Source: Raillietiella orientalis (taxonomy: Eukaryota). Taken from it: DNA of 64,000 nucleotides. Of this stretch, positions 49,851 to 63,400 are shown one piece after another (the stretch's first letter is position 1; each line of letters opens with the position of its first letter). The notes under the pieces were generated by a model. It did no database searches and had not been told where the DNA came from. It was given only the letters and a program-made list of their open reading frames with translations. The stretch covers positions 4,278,001 to 4,342,000 of the forward strand of contig JAYWIR010000002.1 in the NCBI GenBank assembly GCA_036172245.1. The letters run 5' to 3'. A program made the translations under genes and the position numbers.

Positions 49851-52299
49851 TTGCTTGCAAACACATCTATTAGTCGGCAGGAATCTCAGTGAATAGCAGT
49901 TAACCGTTTAGGAAATCAGGTATAGAAAGAGTGGTTCCAAATGTTATAATGTAATGATCTTTTGCAAGGAAAGTTCCAGAAATAACCCCATTCGTGAGTT
50001 GAAATTAATTTGGGATCTAATGATGTTTTCGTTGCCACTGAAAGCCAAGAATAATGGAATTATTCGGAGATGAAGTATTGCTATGTTGACGTTCTATCAG
50101 GATGGCTGTCATTTTTAGAACTTTATAGAAAAGTCCTCTATGAAGATGTGGGCACATCATACTAAGGATGGGTTTGGCTAAATGTGAACGATTTGTGCTT
50201 CTTTTTTATAATAGATTTCTATGGAGCTGGGGAAGCGATTTAAAAGAGTTCATGGAGTACATGGAGTTCATGTTATACCACATGCATTGTGAAGCAATCT
50301 TTACGTCAACTTTGTGATTCATGTAAATGAGATACAGCATACCAAGACTGACGTGATGCTCGCTAATGGTTTCATGAAGCAATGTTACGGCCATGGTTCC
50401 AAGAAGAGGAGACAACAGCTACTCATAGTCATTTGTTACATAAATCATTCGCTTTTACTTATAGGAATTCAAGATCTGTGGGTGATGTAACTATTTCTTG
50501 TTCCATAATTTTAGATGTCTTTTGCTAATGGAACAGAAGAATTCTTCCAGCCATTCCCTTTTTATCGGCAGCCGTCGGCACGCGGTAGCGTTTAAGGAGT
50601 GTGGCCTAATTTCGAAAGTGTTTGTCACGGCTATGAATGAAGTTTTTGCAGCGACTTCAGCGATGCAGTCAAGTGGCCAAGGCAGCTTCAAAAGAAAGTC
50701 AATAGTAATTGCATTATGTTTTTAATTTCATTGACTGTCACCGTTCGGTGTCTATGTACAAGAATCATATGCTGGAAACACTCACCATCTTATTCAATGT
50801 ACCGTACCGTAGTTATTTTGCATCCACGGAGGTGTGATACATTATGGAGACTGCATTCTTGCACGGCAATGCAAATGGCATTCTTCTGGATATCGTTCGA
50901 TGCATGAATTCCATCTCGCATATGGGGTTTCATGCTGGAGTCAACAGCGCAACTTCATCTTCCTAATGAGTCGGTATCATATCCCTCTCCACCGTACCTT
51001 GAATAGTTTTCATGTTCCTCATTATGAACACAGAACACCTGCCCTCAGAGAAAATTTGGGGGGGGGGGGGATGTACAATATTCCACAATAAATCGGTTTC
51101 TCTTTTCTGCTTTCCACTTGTAATGCAAAGACGTTATTTATTCTGCTGCTCCCATCTGACATCAGCTCCTTCCCGATGAGCGCATTGTATTTTTGCTTTC
51201 CCCTTCCTGATGCGGCAAAGACTACCAGAAAATAATTCTGACCTTTTGTGTGAAAAAGTTTCTTACGAAAAACACCATTTAACAATCCTCCGGCATTTCG
51301 CACTTTTTGATCTGCACAATTTGTTTTCCGTGTACAACCTTATCTTTCCATCTCATAAGCAAAATTCTTTGTGACGTTAAATCCGATCTTGTGCCAATGT
51401 TCCATGATTTTTTTTTTTTTTTGACTTTTCCGTTAACGAATTTCATGCCTAAGAGGATTTCGCTGCGCTCTTTTTCAACTGCATTTTTCACTTCAAGGCC
51501 ATCACATTCTTCGGTTCAGGCCGGCACGGCATCCGCCCTCATTCCGTCTCCAAGTGAAACCTTGTGGGCATCCCACGAAGAAGCCTTTCCATCTCAGTGA
51601 TCTTTTCCAGAGCGCGATCGAGTCGAGGAGACCCCATTACGATGGAGATTCGATGTTGCAAGCAGCAGCTCAAGAGAGGGATGGCTGTAGTCACTTGATT
51701 CGAAAAGTAAGCAGTTCTGGAGAGGGTCGTAAAAGCTGCAATTTATAGCGAGCGATGAACGCTCAATCGATGCTCATCTCGGCGCAGTGACGGGTACAGA
51801 CCAGAATCGGTATTTTCCCTGTGATAAGAGTTGGCTATCTCGTGCACGTGGATGCGGATGTGCAGCTCGAGACTGGGAAGGGCACAAGGAATGTTCAAGC
51901 ATTAAATTCTTTCATCGTCTCAGCCTTGGAACCAACAGCATTAGGAGTTAGCGTGGCAAACAGCAACCTATTCCTGGATCAGTACCACACGCTGCGGAAG
52001 AGACTTTACATCATTGCATGTGCTCTTGTCATTGTCCGTCTTCGTAACCGGGGGCCAAGTCTTATGCCACCCATGAAGCACGCAACGTCTACCACTTTCT
52101 ACCTACATTATCTAGTGGTTTTCACTCGTGCTGTCACCTTCACATCTCTCAGAGTGTGAAAGAATGATTCGCCTTTACGTCAGCGTTTTCACTGTTCTTT
52201 CTGCACACTCGTGATTTTGCATGAGAGATTACGGGGAGTGAGAACTTGTGAGTGTGGTGATGATGACAACTAAAGTGAAAGACTTTCTGACGTTATGGC

Positions 52300-55200
52300 A
52301 GCAGTGAGCGTGAGAGAGTCTGAGACTTGCCTTGGTGACACGGTTGTCTTTGGCAAATCATCTACGAACGTGTATCAAGAGAAATTTCCGTTTGAACAAG
52401 ATTCTAGGAAGGTGAGGGTATCCCTTCAAAAAGCAGCTGTAGGGATGCTCAACAGCTGCTGGAGTCAGTTCCTTGCAAGACCCTTGCATGACGAAGTAAA
52501 ATAAACCGAATATTTCGGGTTTTCCTCCATTTTGTAGACAGTGCTCAAAAGGTGACACTCCTGGGGAATGAACTTTGAGAAAGACTCATCGGCGTACTTT
52601 ATGTGCTTTCAATGACTCGATCTTTTCTAATTTCAAACTTCCCTGATCCATGGCCAAATTCTTAGTTGGTAGAAGGTTCCCAGAGAAACGCCGGAAACTT
52701 TACCTTTCCCCCTTCCCCCCCTTTTCACACCAAATATTCTCGTAAATAATTACCCCATGATTATCTCTGCCCTCTGATTTTGATAGGCATTTCCTTGGTC
52801 ACAGATGCAGCAACCTATGGACTGAAAGCACCTATCGGCTTGACCTTTTTTCTCCTTTTTGACAGACTAGCAAATGAATCTGTTTGCCAGTCCTCACATT
52901 AAACGCTGGCGCCAAGTCAAGGAAGAAATAGGCTCGTCCTCTTTTCAGACATCGCAGTTTGATTTCAAACGCGTGTTTTCAAGAATGCCGTGGTCAGCGG
53001 ATTGAAAAAGCCATCGACCTACCTGCTCTCTTTGGAACCCGTACCGATGAGGAGTGCTAGCTGCTAGCTCGCTGTTTCATTCCATGACCTGCCATCCCCG
53101 CGAAGTGAAAGGTACTGTAGCACATCCTGCGTACGAAAAGATGTGCGTATATACATTGGAAAGAGATATTGTCTGCCAAGACGTACCTAACCCTGGCAGC
53201 GGACGGAGTACACGTCGAGTCCTCTAGCGAGGCTGTCCGACAGTTACGCAGAAATCAATAGGGAAACTGAACTCTTTTCCGAAGATAGCAAAAAAACTAG
53301 CCGCAACGACAAATGATGTCTTTGCAACTGTTGCTTCACAGCTGAACACAGGATTGTTCCCCCCTCCCTCCCATCCCCACTCAATGTCCACTGCCTCAGC
53401 GTGTTAGGGAGATAACCTTCCTCCACATGAAAATCCAGCCGAAGGGACCATTGCGGGACAAAAAGTCACAGGACAAATGGTGACATGTTGTGAAGCTACC
53501 TTTGTCTTATGCTGATGAAAGTGGCTGCGTGGATGTTGGAGCATCAGCACGCATTTTCGCCTTCACAGCGTGCATTTATGTTCCGCCAGCCGAGAGCTGC
53601 ACATTTTTCAATTGCTGTGCACGTGAAACTTCGACGCGCACGCGGCGGACTTTCGCTCCTCTCGCGTGCGGACCGTTTCCTGCTGAAGGTGACCTGGGAG
53701 GCCATGCACGACCATCGGCATTGGAGCAAACAATCCGTCCCCTTTTTTGCTTTCTGGATATGCCGATCCTTGCCTAGGCATTCCAGCAAGATTTCAGCAA
53801 AACGGGAGAGCGTGTCCATGCCTGGAGTGAGGTTCTGCATTTGTCACGGGATGGGTGCATCTTCACCGTGCATTCTTTCTGCAGCGCACGGAAGGGATTG
53901 CCCTAGGGAGAGGAAGAAAAGGATAATGTGAGCTTTCACCCTATCCTTGACTATTCCTTTGAAAAATGAAGGAATGCGCCGCCTGACGAGTTTACCACTT
54001 ACGCAACGATCTCCCTCTAATAGTATAGGAATGCAATCAACCTCGTATTATGAATGATGATGAATTTATTCATGCAACTGTAGTTCACTACAACTGTAGT
54101 TCCACCCACCCCCTCCCTTTTTCCTCTTCCCTGTCGAATAAGTTAGTACACGGTATTGATTCGACACTCTTATGACAGTTACAGAAATACAACACGTGTA
54201 TGTTGACTTTGCATCGCGGATCGTAAATAGCGAGGAGGCATACAACGTGATGGGTCACAATGACCCATGAAGATCTTGGGAACCAAAGTTCTAATTGCCG
54301 CTTGCAAACAGCCTCTGTGTGCATTCGGAAAATATTGATTCCGTGTTGTCCTGAACGCAAGGATGCGGTCTGAATGTCCTATTCGGTGTAATCTCTGCGG
54401 ATGGACTCACAGGCATTCCAGTGGGGAAAATGATGAGGAAGAGTAGGATCAGGTGTCGGATGCTGCGGGAGTGACATGCTTTGCCAGTATATCGTTCAGC
54501 ATTTTTCCATACCTTTTCTTTTCTTTCCACGTTGCGTCTCTTGTGTGGATGCCGTTGACCTTTGAACGTGAAGAAGCAAAAAAAGAAAAAAGATAAACAG
54601 CGAGAAGAGTTCTTGCGTGCCGTTTAGTTATCGTCGTTCTCTGAAGGGTCCGCGTTGCTGCTTTCGTACCTGAAAACGAAGATCATAAAGCATTTCATTT
54701 CTTCGGTAGCTCGGGCAACGGCCTCGACGCAGTGGGCAGTGTCAGAAAGAAGGCACAAAAGGTAGCTAAGTAGGCGCACAGGGACTGCTTGCAGTTGCCG
54801 TTTCCGGTACGAAATTTGGAAACCGGAATGCGATTTGGTCGCTTCACGTGATTCTGCATCATTTCGTTTCGAGGGATGGAGAGATGAATTCGTAACCTCC
54901 GCCCTTCCAACGATGTGCGGGAAAGCCAACGGACCACTTACTATCTTGCAAACGTTTTAGGATATTCTACGAACATGGCAGAGATATTCTAACGAAGCAG
55001 GTGCGGTCTACCTTTACGCTCGTGTCCACGGAGACTGCTGGTTCCTATCCTGAGAAAGTAATCACCTTCGAATGAATCCATGAGGAGGAAACTCATCATT
55101 GGGCTTGCAACACAGGGCGTCGATCGCTACCAGGGAAATTCGTGTCTTGCATTGGTCAGCATCGCACTTCCAGCCACTTTTCATACAGCGGACGGCACAT

Positions 55201-55550
55201 GAGGTTCGCTGATTACCGTTGTCGTGCATGGAGATCTATTAGATGAGGCTCCATTACGAGCCACGCCCTTCAGAGACGACGACGACCGCATGTGCAAGAG
55301 ACGTGCGTCGTGGAAGGGAAGAAATTCTTCCTGCACGCACTAAACCACTGCACGGCCCACAGCGGCTCCGTCAGCAAGAGCTGGGATCTGCTTGTGCACA
55401 AGCTCAGAGGAACGAGGCCAGAGTACGGGGATGCGCTGCCATCCAGCCTGCCGGTCCCCAGAGTGAACTGCATTTTGACTGCTGGCACTGCAGGGCCAAG
55501 GGCGAGTTTCCGTAGCCGAAGTCGGAAGCGACCCAACGCTATCAGAAGAA
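52300..55550 (+). mobile_element. Degenerate L1/Tx1-like ORF2 (RT through zinc knuckle)
   Basis: Ordered traces NKPNISG (NKAPGxDG), QFDFKRVFSRMPW (DxxKAFDRVxW), QDCSP, SYADE (YADD), then HGDLL...RMCKR...LHALNHC...W (zf-RVT). Confidence 0.6.
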
Positions 55551-56249
55551 GCCGGAAGATGAAGGAAGTGCTATTTCTGGGGGCGCTGGGCTGGGCGGGG
55601 GAGCTCTCACCTCAGCATGTGCTCTGGTGACGGGATCTCTTGATGCGTTGGACCCAGCGAAGCGAAAGGGTGGCCCTCGAGACTGCGAGAGCCTGCAGAG
55701 GAGAGAGAGGTTGTGCGCGCGGGAGTGTCCAGAGCTCCTGGGGAGATCTACTGGAAACACCGAATGGTCCACCGCCAGTAAAATTCTACGCACGGGCACC
55801 TGGAACGGCCACGGGGGGAAGACGAAAACGGAGTGTAGAGTGAGGAAGGTTCTCCTCCCTGTTTTCTCAGCATTTTGCTGTACCACACACTGGGCATTTT
55901 CTCTTTTTGCGTACTTTTCGAGATGCACAGATAATAGGAGGAGGAAGGTCGGGAGAGTGGGGCCAGGAAATGTTGCCGACATCATACACCCACGCCTCTC
56001 CGTAGACTCGCCTCCTTCCTAGGGAATGCACTTCTGGAACAGCGGAGCCATAAAGATAATCTCTTTCGACTGAACAACAAGGCCACGTGGTTCAGTGCGG
56101 GTGTCCCAATCTTTGTCGGCAGAAACAGCAATCCGCCTAACAAAGAGAGGAAACGAGAACTGCCAGGGAAATTTGTCCATGACTCGAGACGCAGACTCGT
56201 CTTTTGCAGAGGTGTACATAAATCAGTGTGTTGCACAGGAAGTAGGCAG

Positions 56250-57760
56250 TGATGACTATCCCGGTCATTATACTAATCAGTGGCCGTCGTTCACGAATTC
56301 TTCAAAGAATTTGAAAGTGCTTTTCTTTTCCTCAATAGAAAAGTCGACCTTTCGTCGACCTCTGTAACGTGCCATCAGCACGAACGGAAGATGCGTCAGA
56401 CTATTCCCGCAGTTCAACGCTGCGAGCAATCCACGGAGGCATCCGACACGGCCTTGTAAGGGGTCGAGCTGCTGGAGGTCTGGCACGGAGGTTTTTCTGA
56501 AGACAGTGTTCCCATGTGTTTGTGGGATACTCTTGAAACTAAGAACAATGACGTAGAAAAGCGTCGAAAGGGGACGAATGCATGGCGGCAAAGAACGGTC
56601 TCAAAGAAACTTTCACTAGCTGTAGAAGAGGGGGGGAAAAAGGAAAAAACTGCGACCACCTTCGCGTGTAAAAAGCGGATCGATCAAAAATTTTGCCAAA
56701 GCGCTGCAGGAGAGGCGGCAGTCGAATCTCTGTAAGTGCAAGAATGTACCTGGACCTTTTTTTTGGAACTACGATGTACCAAAAACAGGAATTTTTCAGA
56801 ACCTCTGGAAAAAAAAAAACTTTTTTTTTTCCAGAGGTTTGCCTTCGAGTTTGGCAAGTTTTTGAAAAATTGGTGGTTTGGCAATCTTTTCAAGATTGTC
56901 AGCTGATTTCTAGGAACGAAACATCTGAAAGAGGGGTCTCTCGGGAAATTCCAGGGACAACTGGTTGGATGGAACGCCTGAGAAATGCTCAGAATTCAAC
57001 CCGTCCATTCCAAGTGGCTCTTATTTTTATTTTTACTCTTTTAGACTTTGGGAGCTGCAAAAGAGAAGCAAAGCGGAATGCTTCCAGCAGAACGCTCGAA
57101 AGGTGAGCAACTTCTCTAGGAGCAGGTGGAAAACCCAGCAAACCTGGAAGGCTCCCTTGGTTTCCCGTAGGGAGGAAGGAAAACGGGTGCTCAGGGATTG
57201 CTCTTCATAAAGCAGATTTGCAGTTGGGAATGGACGCACGAAAAGCAGCGCGTTATGAAGAAACAATTTTTTTTTTTTTTTTTTTACCTCGATGTACACG
57301 ACAGGAATACAGAAGCTTCCTTCTTTCGTTCGGCTGCTCCACGCTGCGTTAGTTTGCTTGCTGCATGGCAACCAATTTTCGGGAGGGGGCGTTACTCTTG
57401 AGACCTTCCCCATGCGACCTGCTTCCAGAAGGTGGCAGATAACAAAAAGCAAATATTTTCTCAGTGAACCGCGAATTTTTATTGGCTTCTGGCGTTGGGT
57501 CTTTGTGCAGCTTCCCATGCTCGGACGCCAGCCCTCACTCTAATCACCCGAAACCTTGCGGCCTTGCAGCTTCCGGCTTAGACGTCCGTCTGTTGTTGGG
57601 TGGTGCTTTCGGAGTGATCTTCCTCCGAGGTGCACCAGTTCCTTGGCGACGCGAAGAACGCGGCGCCCAAGCAAACGCTGAGTGAGACCGCAGATCCATG
57701 GCCACGTGGCGGCACGTGCAAGCCCGCGGCTCTTTGTTGACCGCCTCTCAGGTTTTTCTT
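56250..57760 (-). mobile_element. Degenerate LINE RT C-terminal half to 3' region
   Basis: STKSRGL...KELVHLG (NxxKS...KYLG), IRGSLRKYLL, TKEGSFCIP (GGLxIP), WQ...LHAKV, VGCLRGLLAA. Confidence 0.5.
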
Positions 57761-57809
57761 TTTTTATATATATATTAGCCACGCAGCGCAGTATGTAGAG
57801 CGGATCTCT

Positions 57810-59640
57810 TGTCTCCTTTCTTGCTTTGGAGACTGTAGCTTCTCGACTTTCCCCTTGAAGGCTACCTAGGGAAATCGTCACAGCTGACCACGAGCTCGGC
57901 ATCTAAGGACCTCCCCGTCTCCTCTGCTTCATCTTCGGTTTGACCTGGTTCCTGCGCTTCCGATGTCCCAGTCTGCTCCCGGGTGTTCCAAGTCCCCGTA
58001 TTGGTTCTCCGGCTCTCTTGTAAATCTCGTCTTCCGTATCTTTTCACGTGTTCCCCTTGTGCCCCGCACTCGAGAAGTGCTTCCGAGTTGAAGCACGAAG
58101 GGGGCAAACAGCAGCCTACGGCACGTGATCGGGATGAGACAAGCAGACAAGATGATGCGATAAGATGCTCTCGATTATCTCATTCAGGGTAAAACGGGAA
58201 CAACACGTGCACGCGGGTCAATCCGGCAACAGAAAGATTCGTTTCGCCCACCGGCGCTAGGACACTTTCTCCCCAGTGCGAGAGACGGGTACAAGGGCAT
58301 GACCCACGAAGCGGGCCAGACGGTATCTTCAGCAGCTCTTACGTAGTACAGCACGCTCAAGGGCTTCCCCTTCAGCCGCAGCTTCCTTCTGAGGTCAAAG
58401 TCCCAGAAATCCCGAAGGGTCGCAAAAAATAAACACACACGTTTATTATGCACATTTGTACAGAGGGCAAGCAATGTATATCACGAAAATAAAAAAAAAA
58501 TTAATATATGTGCTCATTATTTATATTGACATATCTATTTAAAACATATAGATTAATATACAATTTTATTTATTTTATTCCAACACATTTTTATGAATAC
58601 TTTTGGAGCATACGTATTGTTAAATTATAAATATGATATAATTTATGTTAACGTATTATGTAACGCATTATAAATATAACTTATAACCCGTTAACACATA
58701 CTTGTATATGTATTTATATTATATTATTAAGATGATGATGTATATAAATATATGTTTATTTTATATATGTTAATTTAATTAATAACATGTTCATAGACTA
58801 ATATCTTTCTTAAAGATTATAAAAAATAAATATGTGTGCCCATTGTCTATGTTAATATTTTAACATACTTCCCTTATGTATCATGAATATGCATAGTGAA
58901 GATTATAAAAAATAAGTGTACATGTTAAAATAATGTCACTTTCAATATGTACGTTAACAAGTATTAATGAATGTGTATGCTCAACTGAATTTACATATTA
59001 ATCGACGTACAAACGCACACGGTGAAACATTCATTTATTGGTAAGATCTTCAGGGATTTTGAACCAAACCCCTCAGAGGAAAATGGTACGGATGTACCAG
59101 CGATGCCAGCAGAGCGGCAGCAGCTCGTCTCGCTTCTCGGCCTTTTGGCTAAGATTAACAGATCTTTTGGCTAAGATTCGGAGGAAAAGCAGACAGATTG
59201 GACAGAGCCACATTGGCTAATTTGTAATACAAACTGTAACCCTAATGTAATAAAATCTGTTCCTATCAGCTCATTGGTTCAAAAGAACGCTCATTTTGTC
59301 ATTCAGCAATACGAACTCATCCCTCAAGAAATTTCCAGAAAGGGGGAAAAGCGCTTGCCATGGACCACAGCAGGTGAAGATTTCTCTCAACATATACACC
59401 TTGATCTACGTACAAATATACGTATCAATGACTTGGCTCACAGAGAGAGCCAATATGCGGACTTCGAACCCCAAGGAGCAGACTGGGACATCGGAAGCAC
59501 AGGAACCAGGTAGAACCGAGGATGAAGCAGAGAGGATGGCAAGTAGGTCCCTGGGTGCCGAGCTCGTAGTCATCTGTGACGAATTCCCTAGGTGACCTGC
59601 AGGGAAAGGTAGGAAGGGCAACGGAGAAAGCAAGGAGCTA
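57810..59640. repeat. Inverted pair of ~200-bp repeats (57810-58030 minus; 59440-59640 plus)
   Basis: Both arms read ggagcagactgggacatcggaagc-caggaaccagg...gatgaagcagag...gccgagctcgt...tgtgacga-ttccctagg in opposite orientations, clearly more alike than other repeats here. Confidence 0.8.
58470..59040. repeat. Extremely AT-rich low-complexity island with degenerate internal direct repeats
   Basis: Abrupt switch to A/T-dominated sequence. aagattataaaaaataa recurs at ~58813 and ~58899, and a related aaaattaatatatgtgctcatt lies at ~58497. Confidence 0.7.
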
Positions 59641-60059
59641 CAGCCAAATCCAGCTGGCGGTTGGTGCAGCAGGAAAGAGGACAAGAAATCTCCTCGACGT
59701 GAAGCGGATGCTTTCTCATTGGGTGGAGAGAGGGGGAGGGGGGGAGGAGTGGAACCTGTCAGCAAGCGTCCTTGAAATCGAAAGACTCGTTAGCGACTTG
59801 CAAACTGGAAGCAAACGATACCCCTCCCCACACACACGCACAAGCAGCACGAGGCCGTTTCTAAGGAAGACGCTCAGCTCTGCCGCGGCATCTCGGATAA
59901 GCAGATGTGAAGATCGGAAAAACCAGCTTGTCGAGACTGGGGAACCCGTGCTCAAAGATGCCACGAGTCCCCATGCAAAGAAGATATTCATCGCATGCGC
60001 CGCTCACCAACACAGTGCACGGACGTCTTTAAAGAAGCTGTCTTCTTACATTCTTGCAC

Positions 60060-60435
60060 TCAGGAGGGGCAGTCCCCGAGGGGGAGGGGGGTATCAATCA
60101 GCTCCATGGCACGCTATGAAGGGCCTTCCCCCGAGAGGGGAGGGCAGCCCCATTTTCACAAACGGGGGAGCGGAAACTCCGAAAGGCTCCTTGATGTCCT
60201 GGAAGGACCCCGGAGGACCAAATTGCAATCCCGGAGGCTAGTCAACGGGGCATCCAGTTTTTCAGCTTTCAACAGTGCCGCGCTCGATGCCAGCCGAGGC
60301 CAACCAGCGTCATCCTGCGGGAGGGAGAATCGAAATCCACGACGCACACATTTCTCGGCGTGGATCCTTCCCCGGGAGGGATTCGAAACCGCAACGTTCG
60401 GCGCCACGCGCGGAGACCGCAGCCACATGGGCATG
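60060..60435 (-). mobile_element. tRNA-headed SINE-like element, copy lacking the 3' half
   Basis: Minus-strand head tggctgcggtctccgcgcg...GTTTCGAATCC (60389-60379), then caggatgacgctggttggcc and ctccggggtccttccaggacatcaaggagcctttcgg. Confidence 0.7.
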
Positions 60436-60499
60436 AAGAAGCTGTCTTGGGGACATGACTGGTGCTCAGCGTGAACGTTCGAACACCAAGCTGTTTCTG

Positions 60500-61700
60500 A
60501 CTACTTGCCTCTGCAAACTCCTAACAGCTGCGAAGTTTTCCCGTGCCGTGGGACAAGCCTTTTTTGACGGCTAACAATCTCGAAGAGATGGTTTCCACGC
60601 AGCTTCCCCGAAACCTCTTCGGCACCAGAATTTTCACGGAGTAAGCACCATCTAGGAGATGGAGGATGCGAAGAGAGAGGGGAATACAACTGACAGTAGT
60701 AGAACAAGGGAGGATAAGGATGGAGGTCCAGATGAATTCCTTAAGGCGATCACTTATCACTATTATTATTGTTTTCAAAGATGGATACTTCTCGACTCTT
60801 CGCGTGAGTCTGCATCTGTTTGTGGGTGAGAGACGACAGGAAAAATTCCATCTTCTCCGCATCTCGCTCTCACCGTCAACACACCGGAGGACAGCCGTTT
60901 GCCCGTGTCTCTGGACCAGAGGTGCAGCCCCGCCGTTCTCATTGCACTGCTTTGGCCTGAATCGGTGACTCGAGTGCGCGAGGCGTTTACCAAGTAGAGT
61001 GGGGTTGGCATGTGGATCTGTGAAATGGGTGGAGGTGTTGCACAGAATCCGTAGGCAGGCGGTGATTAGGATCATGGTTCAGTCGTGGAGAAGGGTGAGG
61101 TGTCTCGTGGGGGGGGTACATGAGTGAGAGCAATTGAGCACTGGATATCGTATTTGAAGTCCCGTGCATTCATCCCTCCATACTGGAACGACCATGAGAG
61201 TTCTGAGAACCGAATGGATTGCAGACCAAGTCGCTCTATTGGATGTGACGTCCAAAATGGAATCTGTTTGTTGATGAGTACGTCTAAAATGATGAGTGAG
61301 GAGGAGGTCAAAGAGAGCTTAGGGATGATTGTATATTTCATGAGCTGAAGGGCATCGGAGAGTGGTCTGAATAGTGTCGTGGTGCACCTGTGAGTCCTAA
61401 GAACTGTTGAGAGAGGGAGGTCGTGTTCACTCCGGAGAGCGAGCTCGCACGAACTGGGAGTCGAGAGTGGAGTTGTTGAAAGACAGGCCAGTTGTTGACG
61501 GGTACCGGCGGATGAAGCCAGCGACGGGCTGTAAATGCAGCTCCTACGGGCAGCACAACCATCTGCAACGTAGTGTGTATCATGAAGTGAGATGCCGATG
61601 GATGGGTTAGCTGGGATGGTTCCAACAAATGGGGGGGGGAGGGGCGGCTTCAAGGAAGATCCCCGAATTCTGTTTGAAGCCCTCTTGAATGCTGTTGCTC
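60500..61700 (-). mobile_element. Degenerate LINE post-RT (thumb) region
   Basis: MKYTIIPKL...QIPFW...IERLGLQ...YGGMNARDF matches the L1/Tx1 ILPKL...FxW...RxxLxxP...GGLxxPDF layout. Confidence 0.55.
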
Positions 61701-62519
61701 ATCTGTTGGGTTTTCCACAGCTCGTGGGTCTTCCACTTCGTAAAGTATTTCGAAGTTCCGCACTTCGCCATCGTGAATTTTTGCCCCAGCGATGGTTTCG
61801 TCCACCCCCTCCCCCCTGCCCTTCCTTTCTGCAGGACGGAGAAGAAGAGTTCTTTTCCTGAGAGTGACACGCGAGCCACGCTTTTGAAAATCGGTTCGCT
61901 CGCTCTTCACCCCTAACCAACAGATACTTCTTTTCGCTAAGATTCCCGGTGTTCCCACTCATGTATCTACCAAAACGCTGCGCTGCCAGGGGAATTGGTG
62001 CGCTGTCGTGAGTTACGTATTGGAACGTTGACCTTTTCGAATCGTCCGTTAAAGAAGGAGCAGGCCGAACCGTGAGTGAGGGTTAGATGGTTCGGCTTTT
62101 CCTCCACGATTTCATTGACGATTCCAACAGCTGGGCGACGTTCCCTCAATGATTCAGCTTTCCCGGGGAAGGAAGGGAGGGGGGGGGGGAGCATTTGTCA
62201 GATATTTCCAATGGATGAACAAAATGCGCAGCGGGGCTTAGCACCACCGACTGGCAGAGTTCACGCTGGCCGTAAGCATCAAGGTCAAAGATTTTTTGGC
62301 TCATGCATCTTCACCCCTAAAAATTCGAATGCGCGTTTACGTCGCAGCAGCGTCGAGCTCGGCAGCGAGGGGCTCAGCAACTCCCTTAACATTTGCAAGG
62401 GTAAAAACTGAGATAAGTTTTTTCGTTGATGTGAAACTTCGAACTCGAGATAACTTCCGCATCAGCGCGTCCCGCTTGGTGAACCAATTTATTGCCGCTG
62501 CCACATTCCTTCCCGCGCT

Positions 62520-63400
62520 GAGAGAAACCATGACGCCAAATTGGGGTCTTAACGAGCGGACCTGAGTCTGAGGAATTCGACAAGTCGATCGTTTCGCTTG
62601 AAGATGAACAGGAGGCAGATCTGCGCCCTCCAGGAGCTGTAGCCACGGTAACGAACGTCCGCGTTTCGGCAAGGCCTGATGCTGTGGTTCACATCGCATT
62701 GACCCGGGATCGTTTTCGAATGCCCCAAACTGGACCTGGAGGAACGGAAAGACCTGTTGCGCTTCTTGAGTCTCCACCCTGCAGTGCTTTGGGTAGAACG
62801 AAATTTGATTTTTTGGAGCGGCCTCACGGCTCGAGGAAGAAACGCGCGGAAATATAAAATATTCCCAGTGATTGGGTTTGTCGTGTTTTCTGCGCAGATC
62901 TTTTTCCACAAGTTCCGCCACGAATATTTGTCCCCCCCTCCACACCTTCACGCAGAGGAGTCTCACTCCCGATGATCGCTATGAGATCACCAAGATATGC
63001 TGTGAGAATTTTCAGTCCTTTTTTGGGCGGAATGCTGCTCTCTCCAGCACAGTCAAGCTGATAATTGTCACGCCAATTGCCAAAGATTTTTTGTTCCTTT
63101 TCTCAAAGACGAGATGAGCTGCATGGTCTTTGACGCCGATAGGTGTCATTTCGGGACAGAAGGTGCCCGTTTCTCGCCTTTCGACGAGTTAAACCAACTC
63201 TCTTTTGTTTTATCCTGAGCCTCTTGACTCGCCCAACCTTTCAAAGTTATCCGTTAAGAAAGACGAAAAACCCAAGTAGGTAAGAGTTGGATTTTTCGTG
63301 TATGAAAAACTTTGAGTTAATGGAGCAGACCAGCATTGATGCTTCGTATCTTTCTCTCGTTCTTTCATCCGCCCGAGCTTCAAATTTGAACAACGTCGCT
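62520..63400 (+). mobile_element. Degenerate LINE AP-endonuclease remnant
   Basis: GLNERT (SLNVRG), RQICALQEL (DIxxLQE), SLHPAV..ERNLIFWSGL (YAP...ERxxFWxxL). Confidence 0.55.
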
